From Isurus oxyrinchus (lineage: Eukaryota), in contig JANJGN010000026.1 of the NCBI GenBank assembly GCA_026770705.1, positions 5,704,001 through 5,768,000 on the forward strand: a stretch of 64,000 nucleotides of DNA, given 5' to 3'. This document shows positions 1 to 11,320 of this stretch, piece after piece (the first letter of the stretch is position 1; each line of letters opens with the position of its first letter). The notes under the pieces are model-generated. The model did no database searches. It saw nothing but the letters and a program-made list of their open reading frames with translations, and had not been told where the DNA came from. Both the position numbers and the translations under genes were made by a program.

Positions 1-298
1 TACCTTCGACAGCATCGTCAGAACCCGAGAGTTCTGCGACATCGAAGGACAAGGACAGCAGGTGAATGGAAGCACCAACACCTGCAAGTGCCGCTCCAAG
101 TCACACACAGTATTCTGATTTGGAAATGTAGATTTTTTCCTTCGTTGTTATTGAGTCAAAACCCCAGAGCTCCCTTCCCGCCAGCACTGTTTTTGGATTT
201 GTGCCACACACAAGATGGCTCACAAAGACATTCTCCAAGGCAATTAGGTATGGCTAGTAAATGTCGGCCTTGACAGAAATGTCAACATCTGTGAATGG
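1..298 (+). mobile_element. 3' end of shark HER1/HE1-type LINE/SINE
   Basis: Degenerate tail ...TTCTCCAAGGGCAATTAGGTATGGCTAGTAAATG...; related tails recur at ~1270-1400, 31520-31730 and, inverted, at 6000-6200 and 26530-26800. Confidence 0.6.
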
Positions 299-411
299 AG
301 TAGAAGTAAGAATAACTGAGTGAAGGTCTGCTGTGATATAAACATAGACATGCTTTGGAGGAGTAATAATTGAGGCAGCGTATGTATGTTTTCATGGAAG
401 CAATCGCGCTT

Positions 412-431
412 TCACTGCCACCTGGTGGCGG
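412..431 (-). promoter_or_regulatory. CTCF-like motif
   Basis: Minus strand reads CCGCCACCAGGTGGCAGTGA, closely matching the CTCF core CCASYAGRKGGCRS. Motif match only. Confidence 0.45.
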
Positions 432-700
432 AAGATTGCCATTGATGTTACTGTAAAATGCCTTTATCGGTTATTGTTTCTCATATTAACGCATCTAGAA
501 ACAAGCTACAATGATTTACAAGATCATTATATTCTACAGGGGATTGCAAAGGATAAAAAATGCAAAAGAGTCCGTATAAGTGAAGCTTTGTTGTGCAAAG
601 AAATATTAGCAAAAGGACAAAGAGGTTCAAAGCCTGTTAATTTACATTAATGTATATTTATTGTCGTTAATGGAAGGGAGGGATTTTGATCAGGGAACGT

Positions 701-790
701 TTGTGTGTGTGTGCGTTTGTGTGTGTGTGTGTGTGTATGTGTGTGTGTTTGTGTGTGTGCGCGTGTGTGTGTACGTCTGTGTTTGTCTAA
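701..790. repeat. (GT)n microsatellite
   Basis: Imperfect GT dinucleotide run. Confidence 0.95.
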
Positions 791-1564
791 CTATGTCTCT
801 GTGTCTGTTTGTTTACTGTGTCCCTCTGCGCGTTTGTCTAAACACTTCACTCTTAATGTTTCTATGCGAATTATGCAAAGGTAAATGATTATGTTTTCCA
901 GTTATGTTTTAATGTTGTATTCCCTTTAATTCAAAATATACTTTGAGGTCCTGTAATAGCTATAATGTGCATCGATTATCCATTTATTTTGTGCTCATAT
1001 TTAGATCGCATTGTCCCACCGACAATTCTGTTACCAAGGCAATGTCTGTCTGTCCTCAGAAATCATTTGTAAATGTGATTAAATCGGAGCATGCATAATG
1101 TGTATGAACACATTGTTCTTTGTGACAGATTGTTAGCTGATCATCAACGCATCACACGGGGCCTGGTACTGATTTCGGCATGTTGCAGTAAAAGTGCGAA
1201 TCTCACTATACGTGACCTGAGTTTTTAATTGCCATTGGAAATGTCTTCAGAAGCAACTCAGAGAGTTGGACCAAACCCTGCAGGTGATCTGCAGTTGTTC
1301 AAAAGGATGCCTCTGTAACCAACTTCTCCAGCGTAATCAGGGATGGGCAACAAGTGCCCGCCGGGCCAGAGATCCCCACATCCCATGAAACAATTAAAAA
1401 AAAGATCCAAACCGATCACGCAATTTTTAACGTTTATATTTCAATCTGAACTTTCTCTTCTTTCCCGCCAGCCTCTCTCACCTCACACCTAAAAACTGAA
1501 ATGATAAGCTTCAGTTCCTGCTGCAGGCGGCTGAAGGCCTTTGGACCATCTGAAGGTCCCAGGA

Positions 1565-1660
1565 CACTGATGAAAGCTCTTCAAACTTAACTCTGTCTCT
1601 CGCTTCACAAATGTTGCCGAACCTGCTGAATATTACAGGAATTTTTGTTTTCATTTCAGT
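1565..1660 (+). mobile_element. Old Penelope-like terminal fragment with decayed hammerhead motif
   Basis: CTGATGAAAG...AAACTTAACTCTG...ACCTGCTGAATATT...TTTTTGTTTT, similar to the younger copies at 4494 and 14917. Confidence 0.5.
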
Positions 1661-2300
1661 TCCAAGGACACTGCCTCCGCTGCCACATCTCCACTGAAGT
1701 TATTTTTTATGGCTGAGCTCAGAGAGAGATTTCATGTGGTTAATTTCGCTGGTCTGACAGAAGAATCCTTCAATTGTAAAATGGGCAACATTACCAGCCC
1801 GCCTCACTCAACCCCTCCCCAACGCTGCATCCCTCCAGAGGTCGGATTTCAAACCATTCCACAACATGCATGAAGAGATTTTACAAGGCGGAAACCGCTG
1901 GTCTTTGTATCTTTCAAAGCTCCCCTTCCATCTGCAAGTTGTTCTGAGATTTTTAGACAAGTTCCCCCTTAATGGTGGAGACGGAAGCCTCTCCGTCTTT
2001 GGGCTGTAATCTGCCAGGATGAGATTTTCCTCCGCGCTCCCTTTCTGTAATCTCATGAAACTCGAGCCTGGTGGTGTGAGCTTCATACCTAGAGCGAAGA
2101 CGCGCAGGAGAGCGAGAATGGACCGAAAACCAGCAGCACCAAACAGCACTGAGGTACATTTATTTCCCAACTTCACCGTTTCAGTTAGTCACTGAAACCT
2201 AGCGGTGAAAGATGGGAACCGGCCTCAGTCTGTGTGCATCACCGAGGTGCAACTGTCGAGAAAACACCAGATTAACACGTATTGATGATAGAAATTCTTC

Positions 2301-3364
2301 TCACTGTTTAATGAATTTAACACTTACAGAAAAGGGATATTTCACCACATTCTTCAGCTCCTCTCTGAATTTAGTCTGGGTCACTGCATAAATAGCCGTG
2401 TTGGTGCAACAACCCAGGAGCTGAAACATAAATCCCAGTTGCTGTACAAATTTAGGTGTTTATAAATAGATAAAAGCTAACAGATACAACCTGTTACAAA
2501 TAGAATATATCAAAAAGATCGCCCACAGCAGGATAAAATTCCCAGATATAGCAAACAGTAAAATGATGGATTTCCTACGTTTCTCCATCTCTGGGTCACT
2601 GGGATTCTCCCCATTGCAGTGAGCCCGGAGTCTCCTGTGGGCTCTGCTCGACACTAAAATATATCTGACAGTTAAAGAATTCAACACCAAAATCAAAACA
2701 AATAGTGCAAATGGGGTTAAAGTATAATGAAAGAATTCGATTGCTGCCCACATTGATGAAAGATCAGCATCCTGCACTAATATGCAAAGCCAAGGATTGT
2801 TGGAAATCCAATATATGCCTTCATACATAAAATACCAGAAAGTGTTCTTCACAAAGAACAGCAGATTCAATGTTCCGAGAACCACAGCCGTTGCATGCTC
2901 AGTGCAATATTTTGTTTTCAACTTCTGGTAACAAATGGCCAGGAATCGATCAAATGTGAAAGAGACAGTGAACCAGAGAGAACAATCTGTGGCTGCAAAA
3001 AGCAGGACAGCATGGATATTACAGAGTTGACGTTTCGAGTCCTCATGACCCTTCGACAGAATTAATTTTATGGTCATGAGGACTCGAAACGTCAACAGTT
3101 TTCTTCTCTGCCAATGCTACCAGACCTGCTGAGTTTTTCCAGGTAATTCTGTTTTTGTTTTGGATTTCCAGCATCCGCAGTTTTTTGTTTTTATATATGG
3201 GTATTACAGACTTTAATCCTCCACATGAACTGAAACTGATCCCAATAACAAATAGAAATCTGCCTAAATATGAGGTCAATGATAACGACCAGTAGATCCA
3301 CGGTTGCCATGGACACCAGGTAACGGGTAACACATTTTGAGAGACTGCACCTTCCCCGAGACAA
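2301..3364 (-). pseudogene. GPR139/GPR142-like GPCR pseudogene, exon 2
   Basis: Reads LSRGRCSLSKCVTRYLVSMATVDLL...KVCNTH, then an insertion (3026-3196), then CNIHAVL...FTFDRFLAIC...EMEKRRKSIILLFAISG...; in-frame TAA at 2462-2460; then TM7 ...LLGCCTNTAIYAVTQTKFREELKNVVKYPF...KQ and TGA at 2303-2301. The acceptor and first codons of the exon were not found. Confidence 0.9.
3026..3196 (+). mobile_element. Short Penelope-derived insertion with 5' inversion, inside GPCR exon
   Basis: 14-bp target duplication ATGGATATTACAGA (3012-3025) / ATGGGTATTACAGA (3197-3210); perfect 25-bp inverted repeat at 3026-3050 / 3072-3096. Confidence 0.85.
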
Positions 3365-3934
3365 TCCTGTTGTAGCAGGAAACCAAATACAGCAGCAGGT
3401 CCCAGCGCCATTTGCTGACAGTATTCATTGAGTTCGGAGTGAAAATCATTCATCCCATGAACGTGCTGCAAATTGCACACATGGGCTTGGAAATCCATAT
3501 TCAGGATGGGCTGTGATATGGGCCAAAGCGAAATGGTTCATTTTCTGACAAGTCATTTGAGTTGAATATGAAAGTTGTGGAAACAAGCAAATACAAATTT
3601 GTATTCATAAATTGCCCTTCAGATCAAAATATCCTGAAGTGCTTTCCTGATAATGGTTGTTCCTGCCAAAAGCACAAAACATTTTAGACTTTACGTCAGG
3701 GACAACCAAACTTTCTATCAAGTCAAAAGAACAGGATATCAAATGGTCCGCCGAATTGAAGAAAATAAAATGGAGACTCAATCCGAGCTGGATACTGAGC
3801 GATGGAAAGGAACAGAAGAGAGTGAGTGGCACCCCAAAAATCAGGCTGAGAGAGCATGGGGTAATTTACTAATGGATGGGACGTGTGTTTTGGATCAGGA
3901 ACTGAATAAGCCAGTGTTTGGGACTTGAATGTGT

Positions 3935-4745
3935 TACATAAGAATGCAAGAACTACGAGCAAGAGAAAGCCATATATTCCCTCTGGCCTACTCTACTGTT
4001 CAATAAGACCATGGGCAATCGCCGACCTCGACTTTCCAACACTTTTCCTGTTTTCCTTGACTGTCTTAGACCCCAAATATCAATTGATCGCTTTCTTGAA
4101 TATATTTAGAACAAAAGCCCGCTAGATTTGATAATTCTAAAGTTTCACCACTGTCTGAGTGAAGAAAATTGTTCTCATCTCAATCCTGAATGGCCCACCT
4201 CTTATTCTCAGGATGTGGACCCTAGTTCTGGGCTCCCCATCTCGGGGAAACATTCTCCAAGAATCTACCCTATGAGGCCCTTTAATAATTTTCTATGATT
4301 TGATGAGGCTTCCACCCCACCCTCTAAATTTAAGAAGGTGCACGTCTAATTTGATTGATTGATTATTTCACCAAATAATGTTCCTTAGGCAAGTAGACCG
4401 AAACTGTACACATTAATCCAGATGTTTTATCAGCAATCAACTGTATAATTCTATCAACAGTTCCTTACTCGAATAGAGGGAACAGTACCATATGTTCTGT
4501 TAGGTCGAAAGGTCATGAGGACTCGAAACGTCAACTCTTTTCTTCTCCGCCGATGCTGCCAGACCTGCTGAGTTTTTCCAGGGAATTCTGTTTTTGTTTT
4601 GGATTTCCAGCATCTGCAGTTTTTTTTTTGTTTTTAGTACCATATATTATCCTGCTGACTTGATCTATTGCATGTTAGCTTTCTCTGGTGTGTGTACCCG
4701 AGCATCCAAATTACGTGAATTTACAATATTTACCAGTCTCTCTCT
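3935..4745 (-). mobile_element. CR1-type LINE 3' fragment
   Basis: Reverse complement of the RT C-terminus/3' UTR seen in other CR1 copies in this window; interrupted by the insertion at 4494-4635. Confidence 0.7.
4494..4635 (+). mobile_element. Short Penelope-derived insertion
   Basis: Near-identical to the body of 3072-3192; flanked by the 10-bp TSD AGTACCATAT (4484-4493, 4636-4645). Confidence 0.85.
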
Positions 4746-5989
4746 TCTTGGAACGTTGGATAAGGATAGAATGAAATACGTCTGTGTTACTCGCTCAGAG
4801 AAACTGAAGATACGGGCACAACATTAACACAGGACAGTGGAATGTGTGTAAAGTAATCCGTGAGGTAATTTATAAACGCAATGGTCCCGATCTCCCAATC
4901 AATGGTGATATTGGGGTGATCAGTGCTGATTGTGAAGATAATTACATCCCTGCCTTTTTCCCATCCTTATACCCGGTTCCTCTTGTCCCGACTTTAGTAG
5001 TAATTCCTGGGTGCAGCCATTTTGGGGAACAATGGTGAAGAGGTGCAGCAGAGATGCCACAGCAGCAGAGATGCCACAGGAAATTCTTCAAAGGTCTTAT
5101 GCGTTTTAATGCGAGTGAGGCCCGAAGGTGGGTAGGGGAGATGAGATGGGTGTGAGGTGTGTTGATGGTGGTGTGGTGAATAGCTTGATTGGGGTTGGGT
5201 TGGAAGACACTATGGGTTTCAGTCGGGTCGGGAGTGAGTGGACGGACGAAGGTTGGTGAGGGGTGTGCAGGTGGATCGAGAGGATAGCAGTCGGAAAGCA
5301 GGTATTTTGGGGTGAGTAGATGGGGGCACTGTGGGTGGTTGTTTGTGGATTGAATGTGGGAGGTCTGTGTGTGGGGTTGGGCGCACATGGGCTGCGTTCG
5401 ACTGTTATTCAGTGACGCATGTTCGAAATTAACAGCAGGTAAATACTGGGGTATGTGTCTGGGTAAGTGTCACACAACAGGACCAAGAGACAAAAACTGA
5501 TGTCAGTGTCGGAGTCATTGTCAGAGAGCCCGGGAAGCATAAATCCACCCATCAGGAGTTTAAACGTCTTGGTTAATTACCACGCTAGTGCGTGTATCAA
5601 AACTTCTGATTGTTTCCGATACAAAACAGCGGCGGACATTTCAATATTCATTAATGTTGGCCTCGAGAGATCCGAGTTAATGATACAGTTAGTATGAATT
5701 CACAGAAACTGGCTTCAGACACCAGCTTCAACAGAAAGATAACTCATGAAAGAAGGAAATGGAAACCAGGTCAAAGAATGCTGGAATAGGTGGAATAACA
5801 AAAAAAAAATGGATTTTAAGAATTTTCTTAAAGGAAGAGAAGGTTGTGGCCAGGGCGACAAGTTTAAGAGGAGGTTCAGGCTTGACAATCTTAATCTTTC
5901 ATTGTGGTCGCAATGTCAAAGGCTGCAGACATGTTGAGAGGAAGAAAGAGAGACAGTATGACATTAGTACAGTCACACATCATTTTTTA

Positions 5990-7190
5990 AAGAAATATTA
6001 TTCATTCATGGGATTTGGACTTCGCTGGCTGGGCCAGCATTTATTGTCCATTACTAGTTGCCCCTGAGGTGCTGGTAATGCGCTGCCTTCTTGAACCGCT
6101 GCAGTCCATATTTTGTAAGTACACCCACAGTGCTGTTATGAAGGGGATTCCAGGATTTTGACCCAGCGACAGTGAAGGAACAGTGATATATTTCCAAATG
6201 AAAATGGTGAGTGACTTGGAGGGGGTCTTCTGGATGTTTGTGCTCCCGTCTATCATCTGTGCTTGTCCCCTGAAATGGTCGTGGTCATGCGTTTGGAAGC
6301 TGCTGTGTCAGACGAAATGGTGAATTCCGGCAGTGCATTTTGTAGATGGTGCACACTGCTGCTATTGCGCGTCATTGGTGGAGAAGTGAATGTTTGTGGA
6401 TGTGGTGTAAATCAAGTGGGTTGCTTTGTCCTGGATGTTGTCAAGCTTCTTGAATGTTGTGGGAGCTGCACTCATCCAGGCAAGTGGGGATTATTCCATC
6501 ACACTCATGACTTGTGCCTTGCAGATGATGGACAGGCTTTGGGGATCGAGAAGGTGGGTATTTCGTTGCACTATTCCTAGTCTCTGATTGGCTCTTGTAG
6601 CCACAGTATTTATATGGCTGGTCCAGTTCAGTTTCTGGTCAATGGTAATACCCAGGACTTTGATAGTGGGGGATTCAGTGATGCTAATGCCATTGAATAT
6701 CAAGAGGCGATGGTTAGATTCTCTCTTGACGGAGATGGTCATTGCCTGACACATGTGTGGTTCGAATGTTACTTGCCACCTGTCAGCCCAAACCTTGTTA
6801 TTTCCCAGGCGTTGCTGCATTTGGACATGGACTGCTTCAGTAGCTGAGGAGTTGTGAATGAGGATGAACATTGTGCATTCATCAGCCAGCATTCCCACTT
6901 TTGACCTTGTGATGGAAGGAAGATGAAGCAGATGAAAATGGTGGGGCCGAGGACACTACCCTGAGGAACTCCTGCAGTGATGTCCTGGAGCTGAGAGGAT
7001 TGACCTCCAACAACCAAAACCGTTTTCCATTGTCTTAGGTGTGACTCCAACCAGTGGCGAGTTTCCCCCCTGATTCACATTGACTCCGGTTTTGCAAGGG
7101 GTCCTTGATTCCACACTCTTTCGAATGCTGCCTTGATGTCAAGGGTAGTCACTCTCCCCTGACCTTGGGTGTTCAGCTCTTTTTGTCCAT
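5990..7190 (-). mobile_element. HER1/CR1-L2-like LINE, RT region and tail
   Basis: ORF fragments GVPQGSVLGPTIF, ADECT(=ADD), LGITIDQKLNWTSHI. Confidence 0.85.
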
Positions 7191-7199
7191 GTATGACAC

Positions 7200-10100
7200 A
7201 AGGCCAGAATGAGAGCGCTGAAGCATTCATTTCAAAAAGTGATATCAGCAAAAGATGAGATTTGACTGGTGAGTAGTGGGTAAGTCTTTTTCTCCCGTAT
7301 TTTCCCCCAGGTTAAAATTGATTAAGGTAACGAAAGGTATGTGTTCTAGTTTTCATTTAAAATACATAAATAATTTAACATTTTTTGCTTAAAGTAAGGG
7401 TTTTTTTCAACTAGAGGAATGGGAGTGCAGCTCAGTCCCGTGAAATGTATCGCCTGCAAAATGTAGGAAGTCCTCGATGCTCCTTGTGCTCTAATCGACC
7501 ACGTGTGTAGGAGGTGCCATCAGCTGCAGCTACTTGAACTCCGAGTTTTGGAGTTTCTGCGACAGCTGGAGGCACTGAGGTACATCCGTGAGGCTGAGAG
7601 TTTCGTAGATCGTATGTTTTTAGATGTGGTCACACCACAGCTTATGCAAGTACTTGCACAGAGGGAATGGGTGACCATCAGTCAGAAGAAAGGTGTCAGG
7701 CAGGTAGTCAGGAAATCTCCAGGGTGCATCTCGCTCGAGAGCCGTTTCTCTGTGTTGGAAAACAGTAAGAGTTATGGTTCCTTTGGGGAGTGCAGCCACG
7801 CTCATGGCGCTGTAAGTGGCTCAGCTGCACGAGGCGGGGATTAAATAGAGGGGAAGAGCAATAGTGGTAGGAGACTCGATAATAAAGAGAACATATTGGC
7901 GTTTCTGCGGCCGGAGACGTCTCTCCAGGAAGCTATGTTGCCTCCCTGGTGTCAAAGTCTATGATGTCACTGAATGGCTGCAGGGCATTCTAAAGGGGGG
8001 ACAGCAAACAGGCAGAGACCGAGGCACATATTGGCACCAATGACATAGGTAGAAAGAGGGATGAGGTCATGTAAGCAGAATTTAGGGAGCTAGGAAACAG
8101 ATTGAACAACAGGACCTCAAAGGTAGTAATCTCTGGATTACTTCTGGTGTCACACGCTGGTGACTATAGAAATTGGAGGCTAGTCCAGATGAATGTGTGG
8201 CTGGAGAGATGGTGCAGGAGGGAAGGCTTTAGATTGCTGGGACGTTGGGACCATTTCTGGGGGCGTTGGGATCTGTACAAGGTGGACAGGTTGCACCTGA
8301 ACCGGAATGGCCTCAACTTCCTTGCGGACATCTTGGCTAGAGCAGTTTGGGAGGGTTTCAATTAACTTGGCAGGGGGATAGGATCCTGAGAGGTGGTTCA
8401 GCAGGGGGAGATGCACACCAAAAATTAGAAGAGAGAGCAAGTGAGTCTGAAAGGCATAGAATTTATAGGCCAGTTAAGACATAAGGGAGTTTAGCAAAGT
8501 TGGATGGATTTTATTTTAGTGCAAGGAGCTTGACAAATAAGGCAGGTGAGTTGAGGGCAAAAATTAACACATGGAAATGCGATGTCATTGCTGTCACAGA
8601 GACATGGTTGAGAGAGGGGCAAGATTGGCTGTTCAATATTCCAGAATATAGGGTCTTCAGGCGAGAGAGGGAAGGGAGCAAAAGTTGATGGGGCATCGCA
8701 AAATTGATCAAGGAATCAATTACAGCAGTAAAGAAGGATTGCATGTTGGAAGGTTCCTCAAATGAAGCCATATGGGTAGAACTGAAAAACAAAAAAGGAT
8801 TAATCACACTGCTGGGTGTGTCCTTTAGGCAGCCAATCAGTTAGAGAGAAATAGAGGAGCAGATATGTTGGCAAATTTCAGAGAAGAGTAAAAAAATAAT
8901 GGGGTATTTCAACCTCACCACCATTACTGTGGGCTATTGATACTGTGATAGGGTGAGAGGGAGCAGAATTCTTAAAGCACATCCAGAAGCGCTTCTTAAG
9001 CCAGTACATAGAAAGCTCAACAAGAGAGGGGCCCGTCCTGGACTTAGTTTTAGGGAATGAAGCTGGACAATTGGTAGAGGTGTCAGTGGGGAAGCGTTTT
9101 GCAGAAAGTGATCATGACTCCGTTAGATTCAAGGGTGTTATGGAATAGGAAAAGGATAGGTCATAAAGCAGAGTTCTAATTTGGGGGAAGGTCGATTGTA
9201 ATAAGATTAGGTATGATTTGGCTAGAGTGGACTGGGAGCAGCTATTTTTAGGTAGATCTGCGTCAGAGCAGTGGGTCTCATTCAAGAAGGAAATAGGGAG
9301 AGAACAGGGCTAACGTATTCCAGTAAAGACAAATATTGGGACCAACAAATCCAGGGAATCCTGGATGTTGAGGGATTAGATAAAGTGCAAAAGGGTGTCT
9401 TATGGCAGGGACCGAGGGCTGAAAACAAAAGAAGCCCTAGAGGAGTATAGAATGTGTAGGAGAGAGTTAAAAAGGAAATTAAGAGAGCCAAAAGGGGCAT
9501 AAGTAAACATTGGCTGGTAAAATAAAGGCAAATCCAAAGTTATTTTACAAGTGCATTAAGAGTAAGAGGATAATTAGGGAAAGATTAGGGCCCATTACGG
9601 GCCATAGTGGTAATTTGTGTGTAGAGCTGGAAGACGTAGGTAGGGTTCCAACTGAATACTTTGTGTCGGTGTTCACAAGTGAGAGGGATGACAGAGAGAC
9701 TGTGATATAATTAAATAAATTAACATAGAAAGGGAGGAGGTTCTAAGTGGTCTGGCAGGTTTAAAAGTATATAATTCTCCAGGCCCGGATGACATGTATC
9801 CCAGGCTATTGAATGAGGCAAAGGAGGAGGTAGCAGCGGCGCTGCTAATAATTTCCAATACCTCTCTGGTCACAGGAGAGGTGCCACAGGACTAGAGGAC
9901 AGCCAATGGCATACCTTTATTCAAAAAGGGAGGAAGGTATAAACCAAGGAATTACAGGCCTGTAAACCAAACCTCAGTGATAAGGAAACTATTGGAAGCA
10001 ATTCTGAGGGGCAGAGTCAATCTACACCTGAAGAGGCAGGGATTAATCTAGGACAGTCAGCATGGTTTTGTTTAGGGGAGGTCATGTCTGACCAAATTGA

Positions 10101-11320
10101 TTGAATTTTTTGAAGCGGTGAGAAGATATGTAGATGCTGGCAATGCATTTGACGTAGCCTACTTGGATTTCAGAAAGGCCTTTGATAAGGTCCCTCATGG
10201 GAGATTCATAACGAAGGTAAGAGCCCATGGGACCCAAGGCAAATTGGCAAATTGAATGCGGAATTTGCTGAGTGGCAGGAAGCAGAAGGTCATGGTCGAG
10301 GGGTATCTTTGGGACTGGATGCCTGTGTCCAGTGGGGTTCCACAGGGATTAGTGTTGGATCCCTTGCTGTATGTCGTATGTATAAATGATTTAGACTTGA
10401 ATGTAGGAGGCTTGATTAGTAAGTTCGCAGATAACACGAAAATTGGTGGGGTGGTAAATAATGAGGGGGATAGCCTTAAATTACAGGGGGGCTGGTCAGA
10501 TCGGCTGATCAGTGGCAAATGGAATTTATTCCGGATAAGTTTGAGGTGATGCACTTTGGAAGGAAAAACAAGGCACGGGAATACACGAAGAGTGGTTGGA
10601 CGGTGGGAAGTACCGAAGATCAGAGGGACCTTGGTCTATATATCCACCGGTCCCTTGATGTAGCGGCACAGGTAGATAAGTTGCTTAAAAGGCATATTGG
10701 ATACTTGCCTTTATTAGCTGAGGCATAGAATATAAGAGCAGGGAGGTTAAGCTGGAACTGTATGAAACACTGGTTAGGCCGCAGCTAGAGTATTGCGTGC
10801 AGTTCTGGAATCCACATTATAGGAAAGATGTGATTGCACTAGAGAGAGTGCAGAGGATATTTACCAGCATGTTGCCTGGGTTGGGGAGTTAAGTTATGAG
10901 GAGAGGTTGGATAGACTGGGGTTATTTTCTCGGGAGCAGAGGAAATTGAGATGTATAAAATTATGAAGGGCAGGGTAAATGGGAAGGAGATTTTCTCTTT
11001 GGTGGAGGGATCAATAGCAAGGGGGCGTGGATTGAAAGTAAGGGACAGGATGCTTAAAGGGGATGTGAGGAAGGAGTTTTTCATCCAGAGGGTGGTGGGA
11101 ATCTGGTACTCACTGCCTGAAAGGGTGGTAGAGGCAGAAACCCTCACAACATTTAAGAAGTCTTTGGATTTTCATTTGCGATGTCATCACATACAAGGCT
11201 ATGGGACTAGTGCTGGAAAGTGGGATTAGAAAAGTTAGGTACTTGTTTGACCAGCGCATACTCGATGGGCCGAAGAGCCTTTTTCAGTGCTGTGAACTTC
11301 TATTACTCTGACTCCATAAC
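7200..11320 (+). mobile_element. Near full-length degenerate CR1 LINE (ORF1 zinc finger + SGNH esterase; ORF2 APE + RT)
   Basis: ORF1 from ATG 7419: CIAC...CRRC, VVGDS, HIGTND, DRLHLN. ORF2: DVIAVTETWL, GVPQG, KFADNTK, FFIQRVV..W..LP. Multiple stops and frameshifts. Confidence 0.9.

Noticed and set aside
661-888. Cys/Val-rich ORF
   Set aside because: It is the translation of a GT microsatellite.
3026-3095. N-terminus of the 211-aa ORF (MTFRVLMTIK...)
   Set aside because: It is read through the inserted element and is not receptor sequence.
4870-5700. Possible DNA-transposon (Harbinger-like) remnant with a G/T-rich tract
   Set aside because: No terminal inverted repeats or transposase motifs could be established by eye.
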